A stretch of 41,995 bases of DNA, from positions 1-41,995 of IMG/VR virus record IMGVR_UViG_3300035396_000040. One strand, written 5' to 3'. The position numbers and the translations under genes are program-made. Below, piece by piece: positions 27,401-36,607 of the stretch. This DNA is from a virus (Duplodnaviria > Caudoviricetes). Numbering within the stretch: position 1 is the first letter of the stretch; each line of letters begins with the position of its first letter. Below the pieces are notes generated by a model that saw only the letters and a list, made by a program, of their open reading frames with translations, had not been told where the DNA came from and ran no database searches.

Positions 27401-29060
27401 GAATACGATCAAACCAATTATGCTTAACATCTAGAGGCATTGGATTGAGCACTTCATTCATACTCATAGGTTTAGATACTTCTACCTTCACCATGTAGTT
27501 ACCAAATCTACCTTTAGTTTCAGCTAAGGTGATTGGTACATACTCCCCATCTACCTTCTTCATCAACTGAAGATTCTCTGCCCCTACCCCATATTCCCTA
27601 AGAGCATACAAGGCATGATTGAAAGCTTCACTAGCTTTCTTAAATCCACCTTCAGTAGTTCCAAGCATAGCATTAATCTGGAACTTCCCATCCCCACGAG
27701 CAACTACACCAAGCATATTATCATGGAGAACAATTCCATTGATATTACGTAGGTCATTTACAATATGTGCTTTAGCTTGTGCAATCTCATCAGCAGAGAA
27801 AATAATATCACTCGTATTCTCATATTCTTTAATAATATCTTGATCTGGTGTAATGACACGAGTAGGACGATCTGGATCAATAAGCTTCACTGCTACTGAA
27901 CCATCCCCCTTAGCTGCTTGAGATACCTTCTGATCAATAATAGCACTAGCTCTATCCGTACCAGCAATAGCTTGTGCCACTTCATCACTCTCAGACTTAA
28001 TAATAAGAGAATAAGCATTACGAGCTTTCTCAGGATTAGTGTCCTTAAGAATGTTAATAGGTGACACAGGGCTAGTGGATTCTGTTACGGCTGTCTGAAG
28101 AACCTTAGCTTCCTCTAAAGCAGGAATCCTCTTGAAGATGGTTGTAAGCCTCTTAGCGCCCTTTATAGTAGCGCCTAACCCTATGGCATCAAGGACACCT
28201 GATACGTTGTCTAGAACGCGATCAAACGTGCTGTAATCACCTTCTAACACTTGTTGCATCTGTGTTAGTTCAGCAAAGTTATTGTCACTGTTCAAGAAGA
28301 GGCTACTATTGTTTTGAATAATAGTAGAGAGCTTATCTACCACTTTAATCTTCTCAGAAGGAGGCATTCTATCCATAGCATCTTTAATCTGAGCCATAGC
28401 TTCTCCGGGAAGGATAGCAGCTTTACCAGTAGAAATCTTTCCCTTCAATTCCTCAATAATAGGTTTGAGAGTTGAGACACCATACTTATTAACAGAGAAT
28501 GGTTGTAGAAGTGAAAGAAAATCAACTACTGTAGAAGCTGTAGAGGATTCAGAAGATAGTTTATGCTTATTCATAACCGATTGTTTCTCACGATTATAAT
28601 CAAAGATAGGCTTAAACTGATCTGCTCCCATTAAGCGAACATCTTCCTGCTCTACATCCTCACCCTTACTAGGCTGCTCTAATGCTTTAGAAGCTAAGAG
28701 AACTGATGTATCCTTATGCCATCCACTATTAATATTAGCAATAGCTTGTTGCTTCTGTTCATAGGGAATAGAAGGGTCTGCAAGAATAGACATAATAGTG
28801 CCAATATCCTTTGGACCTTCTTCATCATTCCTTCTCTTCATAATAGAAGAACGTGTATAATCCTGACCAGCTTGGTTCTCACCAATAATAGCTTGATAAG
28901 TTTCAGCCATACGTTCTGGTTCATCAGATAACAGAGATGTAATTGCAGCCCTGTTTTTTACAGCATTCTCAGGAAAAGGAAGAGGCTTTAATGGAGACTC
29001 TGAAACCGGATCATCCAAATTAATTGGACTAACTTCAACTACATCTTCTAATTCATTCAT
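24477..29060 (-). CDS. large internal virion (ejection) protein, 1527 aa
   Basis: Size and position after tail genes. Confidence 0.75.
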   Translation of the reverse strand: MNELEDVVEVSPINLDDPVSESPLKPLPFPENAVKNRAAITSLLSDEPERMAETYQAIIGENQAGQDYTRSSIMKRRNDEEGPKDIGTIMSILADPSIPYEQKQQAIANINSGWHKDTSVLLASKALEQPSKGEDVEQEDVRLMGADQFKPIFDYNREKQSVMNKHKLSSESSTASTVVDFLSLLQPFSVNKYGVSTLKPIIEELKGKISTGKAAILPGEAMAQIKDAMDRMPPSEKIKVVDKLSTIIQNNSSLFLNSDNNFAELTQMQQVLEGDYSTFDRVLDNVSGVLDAIGLGATIKGAKRLTTIFKRIPALEEAKVLQTAVTESTSPVSPINILKDTNPEKARNAYSLIIKSESDEVAQAIAGTDRASAIIDQKVSQAAKGDGSVAVKLIDPDRPTRVITPDQDIIKEYENTSDIIFSADEIAQAKAHIVNDLRNINGIVLHDNMLGVVARGDGKFQINAMLGTTEGGFKKASEAFNHALYALREYGVGAENLQLMKKVDGEYVPITLAETKGRFGNYMVKVEVSKPMSMNEVLNPMPLDVKHNWFDRIPAFISQKSGSIARHLLDAASMLHPQLTKAATVLEHKSVLLDKKLVELFHDFAQKHEALDSVRQGKVYDYLKEANLLGVEHDEVTLLGKGFKKEEVEAIKAWRKGWDTHFWFENADVAKTLRNQDYKIFENTNDRFFVKQSAKNSTITDVYDPALQQVRRISQKELDDLYANGGYYGKLRRPTDMGGTTVEHIIVRNTPSEYARAIRDNDQILNYRPGYYQVHYKAPKFIVRVVRDGSGNELYTKAIGVAGDSGEAEHLRQRTITSQGLKDEDVYVRADLNEMKVDTDHYWDLQNSSGRVAQKHRGKRLEEATNPITSFDSQYVVDPTESAIRSSRSLATRVSMRDYIESAKARAVKQYEEFFPRDKFNQPMWVEDAASLVAKRGTLYDKKISDARTTVENINYIQYGYANSMDEKIKGLFNTLASQAADMGAYKVERGLLAAGQVGPTQLLKSGVFTSYLALNPLRQFIIQSHQATRLAGYNPMYLLSGKWPSDTMVFGRYKMGERGFSKAQQEMIDFVEESGVLQGVDRQNLVRGTLTDLVEAHNPVKRIVGKAIAIPRRMGFDLGEQTNRLHHLLSVRDKFIREGKDLTNKTVRDEAYAYADALSYSMNHAGDMPYNQNSMGVFLQFMQVPHKAITSVTTNRIIKPQDKLRLILTDSLLWGVPGATVLSNLVGQDMLPEDSVAREAVVFGLESAAFNNSLMKVVGKNPHIDFSGFSPYNTEGFAHLFDAIATGGYSEYITNSPSFSLYFKEGSRMREALGRLGRYTGFIDTQQGLEVPDALAVLNSFAEAGSSGWSNYNKAKAIYETGKIKTSKGSTLNEDANYVQAAAQLFGFKTQDEIIDYAVMNAFKEGTKEHKDSVLQVYNTYIKLLSKEQKMTNDNPEWVVTILGAMKNMYKDDPKAMEIIYSQLKKDLYNNDMRITKNAFEYAKLPTSSYEGTINNMKILNDDERNKALQMMKDLQQQAKEYGEDN

Positions 29061-29063
29061 ATA

Positions 29064-29612
29064 TTAAGGCTTAAAAATTGTATCTGATGTTGGTTCGTAT
29101 GTTCCACCAAGAGGTGAAGAGTTGCTAGTAAAGTTCTTAAACCCATCTACTTGATTAAAGATACTGGTTCCTAAACTTCCCACTTGCCCCCAAGTATTAG
29201 CAGAGTTAATGTGGCTCTGTGCAGAGGAGAGATAGTCAGCAGCATTCTGGTTAAATGAACTGATGTTATTAGCTCTTTGTTGAGAACCTAGGTTAGCACC
29301 TAGATTAGACCCTAGTTCTGTTGCTAGGCCACCTGTAGAGCCTGCTGACCCTGAACTGACACCTACCCCTGTGTTCTCACTCGATTGTAGAATACGTGCT
29401 CTCCGTGAGCGTTCTTCACGTATCTGTGCCCTACGCTCTTGTGCAGCTTGGGCTGCTTGTCCTGCTTGTTGTTCTTGTCTAGCTTTAGTTTGTTCATTAG
29501 CAGAATTCTGTTGAGCAGCAGCAGCTTTCTTCTGTTCCCCATGTTGGACAACAGCACTTACACCACTCATTGCTAAACTGGCAATACCAATGGTTATAGG
29601 GTCAAGTCCCAT
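29064..29612 (-). CDS. internal virion protein (T7 gp14-like)
   Basis: MGLDPITIGIA hydrophobic N-terminus, Q/A-rich coil, Gly/Ser-rich tail. Confidence 0.75.
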   Translation of the reverse strand: MGLDPITIGIASLAMSGVSAVVQHGEQKKAAAAQQNSANEQTKARQEQQAGQAAQAAQERRAQIREERSRRARILQSSENTGVGVSSGSAGSTGGLATELGSNLGANLGSQQRANNISSFNQNAADYLSSAQSHINSANTWGQVGSLGTSIFNQVDGFKNFTSNSSPLGGTYEPTSDTIFKP

Positions 29613-29884
29613 TTAAACACCTCATATGTCAATCCTTCTTTTTCTAGAATACCAATTGATCTTCCACCCATCATCTCACAGAACTTTGGATTTGGAGATA
29701 TACTGTAAATTTCATTAAAACCATTCTCTTTAAGTTCTTTCATCATTCTCCCAAATATTTTGAATCCTTTACGGAGAGAAGAGAGTTTCCAATCATACAC
29801 GAGACAATGGAGAAAGACTTCATTATTAACTACCGTTATAGATAGTTTGAAGTCTTCTCCTTCATAATATACATCCTTGATCAC
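29594..29884 (-). CDS. small protein, possibly GNAT-fold (T7 gp13-like position)
   Basis: FLHC...ISPNPKFCEMMGG pattern; between nozzle and ejection proteins. Confidence 0.55.
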   Translation of the reverse strand: MIKDVYYEGEDFKLSITVVNNEVFLHCLVYDWKLSSLRKGFKIFGRMMKELKENGFNEIYSISPNPKFCEMMGGRSIGILEKEGLTYEVFKWDLTL

Positions 29885-32172
29885 GGTAGATTATTTCCTG
29901 TTAATGCTAGGCTCCATCCAAGGATACGACAATCTTTACCACTCTCAGTCTCAAAGTATAAAGACATAGCCTTCCCTCTTCCCCTTAGTTTATTCTTGGT
30001 AATCACTGTTTCAAATCCATTATCATAATCATCAGTGATGTCTACAATAAATTGAGGACGCCTATACCTATAAGCTTGAAAAGCACTGCTCCATTTATTA
30101 GAGATAATACTATTGGCCCAATCCCATTGTGTCTTAATGAGGCAACTCGATTGGTTCATAGGTACAAGATTACCACCTACATCCTTAACACCATTCTCTG
30201 TTCTTCTCATATGGATAGTGAGATATGGCATCTGTTTAGCAACAGAAGAGTCACCTGCTGTAGTATGTCCTGTTAGGATGAAAGCTTTCGCATCAACTCC
30301 AATACCATCTACTGTCTTCCAATCCTTGAAAGAAGTGTCTTTATATTGAGAGAAAGTAAATCCGATATTCCCACCAACAGTTCCAGAGAGAGTGATATAC
30401 TTAATAGATTGTATTCCTGATGTTCTCACATTAGAGCTAATCACTACATTATCACCAGAAGCAACTACCATATCCGAACCTACTACCACATCTTCAATTG
30501 TATCTCCTGATAAGAAAGAAGCAGTGGAGATATAACCTACCACATCAGGTGTATTCGCAGCAAGAGTGTATATCCGATTCTTTGAGAAACTACCAAGGCT
30601 TGTATCAATAATGAGTTCTAACACTTCATTACGATTAGTTCTATCCCCATCTTGATTATACAACCATCTAATCTTCTTATCAAATTGATCATAGATGCCA
30701 ATACAGCTTCTCTTATCACTATCCTCAATATTATCATAGAATGTCTGGATAGTCTTTTCAGTGATATTACTCACTGTCCAATCACCATATTGATTCTTAG
30801 CAATTACGAAGATACCTTCTGGACCCCAGAAATAAATCTGATCATTAACTACAATAATAGAACGAGTGTTAAAACATCCAAAAGAGCTAACCTTCTTTAC
30901 TGAGTAGTTAGTCGCAGAGAACCCATAGTCACTTCCACCAAGAATCTCCCATACGCCATTATCAGCTAGAACAAATAGATTACCTGAAAGTGTTACAAGA
31001 CCATAAATTACTTTAGCACCTGATACGCGTAGATACCCACCATCTGTATCCACAATTGTATTAGTCTCTCGTGAAGTAGGATCACCTTCTTGATAACATT
31101 TAATAATGCTCTCAGTGTTATTGACTACTTGAGAGAAGAGAACATAGCTTGTAAGGATAGGTGAATTACTGTCCCCATCTGTAACACTTCCTTCAAATCC
31201 ACTGTAGAAGATACGTCCTGCAAAATCAGCTACAAGAGAACATCCTCCTGAAGTTGTATCAGATGGAAGTGTGCTTACTGTTTGTGTGAGTTGTGGAAAC
31301 TTAGTTTTGTTATTGTCAAATTCAGTCTTACGCGATGTTCCTCGTTTAAGAGCATCAATAATAAAGTATCCACGTGCTGCTTGTGCATCTAGACCAAGCT
31401 GTTCATCATACAGATTTGGATAGACTCTCTCAAAAGGAGTGCCAGATGTAACAGGAGAGAATTGCAGTCCAGTATAGACCACTTCGATATTAGAAGGATA
31501 TGTACCGTAGTTATTCTTAAAGATTGCTACTGGATCAGTGAGAGTTCCCGTGGAGTCTTTACGTGGGACACCCCATCCTTGATTATATAGATTATATAGA
31601 TGGGCATTAGAAACTACAGATGGCCTAAGATTAATATTATTCTTATCATTTCCCGGAAGACCCCATTGATCACGCACTAGAAGTCGATTAGTTGTATAAA
31701 CTAAGCTACTTCCTACATATTCAATAATATGAATTACATCTGTACCAGCAGCAATTACCAATTTCCCATCAATAGATGCAAATGATACTGTATTGGTTAT
31801 AGAAACACCAGTAAGGGTTACTGATCCAATATATCCTTCACTTGATACACTCGTCTTAGCTGAATTAAATACATGAATTCTATTTCCAAATTGAATCACT
31901 GAGAATTCATTAGTGGAAATATTACCTGCATTGAACCATTTATATGCAGAGATTTTAGCTGTCTTTAACTGTACTTCAGTAAGTCCAGAATCTTTAATAG
32001 CATAATCTAGTTCTAAATCAATACCTAGACGCCTATCCCTAGACCCATCTCTATTTAATTCAAAATTTTCCTCATCTCTACTAGCATCAGCAGGAGAGTT
32101 AAGAGGACTTGCTTCTGTAATTAGTCCCTTAACAAAAGAACTAATTTCAGCTTTAGTTACTGGCTTTACCAT
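29881..32172 (-). CDS. tail tubular protein B / nozzle
   Basis: 763 aa beta-rich; FVKGLITE, FAGRIFY; follows adaptor. Confidence 0.8.
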   Translation of the reverse strand: MVKPVTKAEISSFVKGLITEASPLNSPADASRDEENFELNRDGSRDRRLGIDLELDYAIKDSGLTEVQLKTAKISAYKWFNAGNISTNEFSVIQFGNRIHVFNSAKTSVSSEGYIGSVTLTGVSITNTVSFASIDGKLVIAAGTDVIHIIEYVGSSLVYTTNRLLVRDQWGLPGNDKNNINLRPSVVSNAHLYNLYNQGWGVPRKDSTGTLTDPVAIFKNNYGTYPSNIEVVYTGLQFSPVTSGTPFERVYPNLYDEQLGLDAQAARGYFIIDALKRGTSRKTEFDNNKTKFPQLTQTVSTLPSDTTSGGCSLVADFAGRIFYSGFEGSVTDGDSNSPILTSYVLFSQVVNNTESIIKCYQEGDPTSRETNTIVDTDGGYLRVSGAKVIYGLVTLSGNLFVLADNGVWEILGGSDYGFSATNYSVKKVSSFGCFNTRSIIVVNDQIYFWGPEGIFVIAKNQYGDWTVSNITEKTIQTFYDNIEDSDKRSCIGIYDQFDKKIRWLYNQDGDRTNRNEVLELIIDTSLGSFSKNRIYTLAANTPDVVGYISTASFLSGDTIEDVVVGSDMVVASGDNVVISSNVRTSGIQSIKYITLSGTVGGNIGFTFSQYKDTSFKDWKTVDGIGVDAKAFILTGHTTAGDSSVAKQMPYLTIHMRRTENGVKDVGGNLVPMNQSSCLIKTQWDWANSIISNKWSSAFQAYRYRRPQFIVDITDDYDNGFETVITKNKLRGRGKAMSLYFETESGKDCRILGWSLALTGNNLP

Positions 32173-32344
32173 TCTTAGAGTCCTTCTGAACTAAGTAAGC
32201 ATCAATTGTTTCTTTAGCAATACCAATAGAAGTGAAAAGAGAGTCAAGTACATTAGGGATTTTACCACCTTGTCCTGCTGTTGCCACTTGATAGAGCATT
32301 GGAGAAGGACCATAGGGTTTGATAAGATAATTCTTATATTCCAT
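32153..32344 (-). CDS. small hypothetical protein (63 aa)
   Basis: Coupled between tail genes. Confidence 0.7.
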   Translation of the reverse strand: MEYKNYLIKPYGPSPMLYQVATAGQGGKIPNVLDSLFTSIGIAKETIDAYLVQKDSKNGKASN

Positions 32345-33102
32345 TATTTGTTACCTTTTCTTCCATAAGATTCATAACGGATACCACCATGAGCTTTCCA
32401 TGCTTTACGGGATAACCATCGTTGTTGTCTTCCAGCTTTCTGTTCAGCCTTCTGATTTGCCATCTGTTTCAATACAAGGAATGCTGTGCTCTTCGCTTCT
32501 TCAACAAGAAGAGGGAAAGCTTCACTAGGCATCTCAGGAATAAAATCATCAGTGAGAGAGAAGTCTAATTCCTTATAACATACAATCTGTGTCTTACTTT
32601 TCTTTAGCGTAGAATCTACTTCCAAATCATAAGCGTCACAAACAATCCATTCATCATCAAAGGTAGTCCAATATTCAGGAGCTTTATCATTGTAAATAAG
32701 GAGAGAAACTCCTGAATTGTCAAGAACAGTCTGAACATTATCTGCTGAACTATCTCTAGCATATGTAAGTTGTAAGAATTCATCTGGATAGATAAATTTT
32801 ACATCAAGATACTGTAACTTAGTTTCATCAACCTTAGACTTCTCATACTTAAACTGTAGGAGTTCCTTTACTTCAGAGGGAATCTTCAGATAGTTTGGTC
32901 TAGAAAGAGTACCTGATGCATCAAGTTGCATAACACGTTTCTGATGAGGCCAATTCCTATTAGTAGATAGTTCCTCATAACAAGATTGAACAATCTGTGC
33001 TATTTGCATTGATTCTACTGTATCATTAATAGAATTAACTTCATCACTATCTAGATCATTGAGGATGTCCTGTACGATCTTAAGAAGTGTTTTCTTAGCC
33101 AT
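32344..33102 (-). CDS. tail tubular protein A / head-tail adaptor
   Basis: TLLKIVQDILNDLDSDEVNSI...RNWP; position. Confidence 0.8.
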   Translation of the reverse strand: MAKKTLLKIVQDILNDLDSDEVNSINDTVESMQIAQIVQSCYEELSTNRNWPHQKRVMQLDASGTLSRPNYLKIPSEVKELLQFKYEKSKVDETKLQYLDVKFIYPDEFLQLTYARDSSADNVQTVLDNSGVSLLIYNDKAPEYWTTFDDEWIVCDAYDLEVDSTLKKSKTQIVCYKELDFSLTDDFIPEMPSEAFPLLVEEAKSTAFLVLKQMANQKAEQKAGRQQRWLSRKAWKAHGGIRYESYGRKGNK

Positions 33103-33773
33103 TAGCTCACCAAATGCATTGTAACGTTAGCATCTTTAATTAGGAGATTACCAGTAGCATCACTGGCAATAACTTGTTGGATGTAATCCCCAATAGTTAG
33201 AGAGACAAGACCTGTACCAACTAACTGCCCTTCAGCACCCGTTCCTGATGATTTAAGTGTAGGCTTTCTCGTACCATAAGTGGTTCCATTAATAAGGAAG
33301 CGTAAAGCGAGTTTAGCTGTACTAGAGGGGAAAGCACCGATATTAAAATAAGATACAATCAGATAGACACCAGTTTCAGGAATAATCAATCTATCTGTAT
33401 TAAAAGTAATACCACTAAGATTCTCACCAACCCAAGGAAATCCTGTACTAGTCATCACCGTGTATTGGGAAGGAGTATTAAAAGTAGTATCTGCTACAGC
33501 AGTTAGGGCTCTAACGGTGCTATTGCTCGTAATTGTAGCAGCACCATACGCTTCACCAACTACAAATTTAAATCCATTAGAACCATCTGAAACAATGTGT
33601 TTATTTGATACACCACTATCCCCTGTCATTCCTTGTAGATCACTAGAGAGTGTTTTACGCCATACACCACTACCACTACCATTAGATTTGTAGCTTGTGT
33701 TAATACCTGCAACAGAAGCACCTTTTGGTTCATGGAGGTTAGCTTCTGTAATGTCTTTATGTTCGATGCTTAT
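33102..33773 (-). CDS. virion structural (head fibre-like) protein, about 223 aa; probable ATA start
   Basis: Frame open 48 codons upstream of track start: (M)SIEHKDITEANLHEPKGAS...SNGSGSGVW; SD GGAGG 8 nt before ATA 33773. Confidence 0.75.
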   Translation of the reverse strand: MSIEHKDITEANLHEPKGASVAGINTSYKSNGSGSGVWRKTLSSDLQGMTGDSGVSNKHIVSDGSNGFKFVVGEAYGAATITSNSTVRALTAVADTTFNTPSQYTVMTSTGFPWVGENLSGITFNTDRLIIPETGVYLIVSYFNIGAFPSSTAKLALRFLINGTTYGTRKPTLKSSGTGAEGQLVGTGLVSLTIGDYIQQVIASDATGNLLIKDANVTMHLVS

Positions 33774-34198
33774 GATTTTACCCTCCGAGAGTTATTGATA
33801 ATATCAATAGTGCCCTCAATTGTATGTTCAGTGAACTTTATACCACGACCACCAAAATGGCTATGGAAAATAAGATGACAATTAGCACATAATACTATCG
33901 CATAACCGGCATCAACATCTTGTACATTGTACATTTTATCTTGTGATGATTTAAATCTTTTATATTGGGTATCAAGATGATGTACTTCTAATGCATCTGG
34001 ATGTTTGTATCCACAACAAATACATCCTTTATTCTCAATCCACTGTTTATATTCTATATGTCTTTTTTTACTATATTCTTTATCATATATTGCTTTACAC
34101 TTTCTACATTGACTTCTGATAAATTTCAATGAATTTAGTGTAAACTCTGATAAAGGAAGTTCCTCTTTACAATCCGAACATTTTCGGAGTTCCGACAT
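33770..34198 (-). CDS. HNH homing endonuclease with Zn fingers
   Basis: CSDC, CRKC, CICC..ALEVHH...LCANCH; AT-rich insert among structural genes. Confidence 0.85.
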   Translation of the reverse strand: MSELRKCSDCKEELPLSEFTLNSLKFIRSQCRKCKAIYDKEYSKKRHIEYKQWIENKGCICCGYKHPDALEVHHLDTQYKRFKSSQDKMYNVQDVDAGYAIVLCANCHLIFHSHFGGRGIKFTEHTIEGTIDIINNSRRVKS

Positions 34199-34214
34199 GA
34201 TCTTTTCCTAGAAT

Positions 34215-34252
34215 AAAAAAAAGGGGGAAGCCCTTTTAAAAGCAACCCCCTT
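34215..34252 (-). terminator. intrinsic terminator after capsid/decoration genes
   Basis: On - strand AAGGGGGTTGC...GCTTCCCCCTT followed by a long T tract. Confidence 0.8.
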
Positions 34253-34258
34253 AGTGTC

Positions 34259-34753
34259 TTACACCTTAGTGGCGCAAGTGTATTTCATGATCAGCGTAGC
34301 CTTACCAGAGGTAGCCGCAATTGCAGGAGTAGTACCCGTAAGGGCAAACCCAAGCTTCGCAGCAGCCGTAGTACCAGTGGCAGAACCAACAGCCATTGTA
34401 CCAGCACCAGTGGCCGTAACCTCCTTAGTACCAACTGCTTCCAACTCAGTCTCACTCAGAGTAATGTAGTTAGTACCTACAGAACCAGCAAGACCGATTG
34501 AGAGAGCAGGAGTAGTACCAGTGACTACGAAGGCTTCATCAACTCGAAGCTTAAAGCTATCGAAGTTAGCACCCTTTGGGATAACAACCGGAGGGATAAA
34601 CCCTGCGATTGCATCAGCAATGCTCTGACCCGTTAGATCGATACGAAGAACAAACTCCGTACCATATCCATGTTCCAGACCAACTGCACCACCAGTATCT
34701 CGAACCCCATACTGATTATTGACATTCAGACCAGCTTTGTTTTCATAACTCAT
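34259..34753 (-). CDS. capsid decoration / minor structural protein
   Basis: Directly after MCP; SD AAGGAG; G/A/T/V-rich. Confidence 0.75.
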   Translation of the reverse strand: MSYENKAGLNVNNQYGVRDTGGAVGLEHGYGTEFVLRIDLTGQSIADAIAGFIPPVVIPKGANFDSFKLRVDEAFVVTGTTPALSIGLAGSVGTNYITLSETELEAVGTKEVTATGAGTMAVGSATGTTAAAKLGFALTGTTPAIAATSGKATLIMKYTCATKV

Positions 34754-34764
34754 ATATTATCTCC

Positions 34765-35657
34765 TTAGATGCTGGTAGCAGAAGTAATGTAGATACCAAG
34801 AGTATCAACACGCTGACCACCAAAGCCCCAACGAGCAGAGGTGACGAATTCATCACGGCGAAGGTCTTTATTACGCTCACCTTCCACACGTGGCATACGC
34901 CGCCATGCAGCCATAATAGGCTTAGTGTTGTCATCTGCTACACACATGAACACATTAGCCACACCACCAACAACAGACGTAGTACCATCGCTGAACGTGC
35001 CTTTAGCAAGGCGATTCGAGCTAATGATATTCCAACCATACAGATTCATCAAGAATTGGTGATCACGATCAAAACCATTCTCAAGAATACGTTGGGCAAA
35101 CGGGGTAACATCCTTACCAATACTAACCAAACCATCAAGGGTAGCAGCAGTGACAGGATCAACAATGGCGATACGACCAGACGTAGGAACGTTAGCCTTA
35201 TCAAAGGCCAGCTTCATCTTGATCAGATCAGACAGTTGGAGAACGTTATTACCAGCAGTAGAAGCAATACGGTGAGCAAAACCATTAACGGTATTTGCAT
35301 TCGCATTCGTTTGAACACTGTTACACTTCGCAAGGAAGCGAGATTCAAACACTTCTTGAATAGCACGAGTCGATTCACTCGAACGACCAGCCATCAGTGC
35401 TTCTACCTGCGCCCCATCCTCACGCAGTTCATCAGTAACATACCATGCATCACCGACATAGTCAGAGATGGTCATAGTAATCGTACCAGACTCAATCGGG
35501 CTGTATTCAAACGGAACTTCTTCAGCACCATCTTGAATGGTTACAGAACCAATCGTCTTGATATTAAGAGTAGAGCCACTACCGAAGTCAGAGACATTAC
35601 GGAAGAAGCTACCGGGTAGCATACCATCATGCAGGTTGCGGAGGATGAAAGCAGAAT
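34765..35657 (-). CDS. major capsid protein, exon 2
   Basis: Frame extends upstream of track start as (Y)SAFILRNLHDGMLP; podoviral MCP motifs RNVSDFGSG, FDKANVP, SARWGFG. Confidence 0.92.
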
Positions 35658-36540
35658 CAATACATATAATATGTTCAGACTATAACTTACGCCGTAGCGT
35701 TATTCTCATTTAGTCGTTGCGGCTGTATGTGAAAAGCAATCATTTGTTCAATCTTATGTTTCTTTAATCGTGAATGTTTCACAACACCACGAAGAAACAT
35801 GAGAGCGAAAGATTTCTGAGAAGGTCCAACACCATGTCTCCATAATTGTGTATTATCTTTTTGAGGTTCATATAAAGAACCACCAAAAGCTTTATACAGA
35901 AATTGTAGAGCACATACATCTTTTACATGAGCAATAACACCAACGTGCATTGCATTCTTCTTGAAATTGTAACAACCATCTCCATCGAGATAACCTGCTA
36001 CCCAAGCCCATGTAGGATGTACTTTAGGTTTTAATGGACCAGTATTGTTTCTTGATTCCTGAGAGAGTTGTTTTAACTCTTCTACACGATCCGTAATATC
36101 AATACCTTTTAATTCTGTATAGTAGTTATAGAGTGTTTGCCAATGTTTAGCTTTAATCACCATATGTTTTAAAAGTCTTGGGACAAGTTGATCTAGATCA
36201 GATCGTCCTTGTACTCTCCAACATCTTGCATCAGAGTATGTTTCTTTTTCATACTCTATTCCTATTACAGAACCAGCTCTGTCAGCTAATGTTTGCATAT
36301 AATTATGCACATCAATCTTAACTGATGCTGATATTGACAGGATTAGGTATAAGAATGTCTTACCTGAAGTTGATTTACAAAACTTAAAACTTAAACTACC
36401 ATCTGCATCTAACAAACCTGCTAGATATTTAATCTCATTTTCTTTAAATGTTTTCACTGTTTCTTCCTAGAAGATAACTTACTTGCCTCGTGTTAGCTTA
36501 CGCCTCCACGTTATTTAGAGAGTATTCAGCACTCTTTAGA
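35658..36540 (-). mobile_element. group I intron (883 nt, IA-like) in major capsid gene
   Basis: 5' splice after U, terminal G; P1 CAGU/GCUG; P10 AGAGU/AUUCU; P4-P5 CGUG..GGC-GUAA-GCU..CACG; core GCAACGACUA and AAGUUAUAGUC (P7); splicing restores the frame. Confidence 0.93.
35687..36457 (-). CDS. intron-encoded two-motif LAGLIDADG homing endonuclease
   Basis: YLAGLLDADG and WVAGYLDGDG; GTG start, SD AGGA; 3' end overlaps intron core. Confidence 0.92.
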   Translation of the reverse strand: MKTFKENEIKYLAGLLDADGSLSFKFCKSTSGKTFLYLILSISASVKIDVHNYMQTLADRAGSVIGIEYEKETYSDARCWRVQGRSDLDQLVPRLLKHMVIKAKHWQTLYNYYTELKGIDITDRVEELKQLSQESRNNTGPLKPKVHPTWAWVAGYLDGDGCYNFKKNAMHVGVIAHVKDVCALQFLYKAFGGSLYEPQKDNTQLWRHGVGPSQKSFALMFLRGVVKHSRLKKHKIEQMIAFHIQPQRLNENNATA

Positions 36541-36589
36541 ACTGTTCGCTTTCAATGAAAGCAGTGCTATTAGCACGATTTTGAGACAT
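36541..36589 (-). CDS. major capsid protein, exon 1 (MSQNRANSTAFIESEQ + T)
   Basis: SD AAGGA; 49 nt; joins exon 2 as CAG T|AT TCT (Q-Y-S); spliced product 313 aa. Confidence 0.9.
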
Positions 36590-36607
36590 TGATTATTCCT
36601 TTACTTA

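Noticed and set aside
34743-34934. Alternate-frame ORF at the MCP 3' end suggesting a T7 10B-like frameshift
   Set aside because: No slippery sequence seen, and the next gene has its own SD and ATG
35056-35619. 187-aa plus-strand ORF
   Set aside because: Antisense to the major capsid gene; explained by its codon bias
35687-36457. LAGLIDADG as intein or free-standing gene
   Set aside because: No intein C/S...HN termini, it has its own start and stop, and group I intron elements flank it
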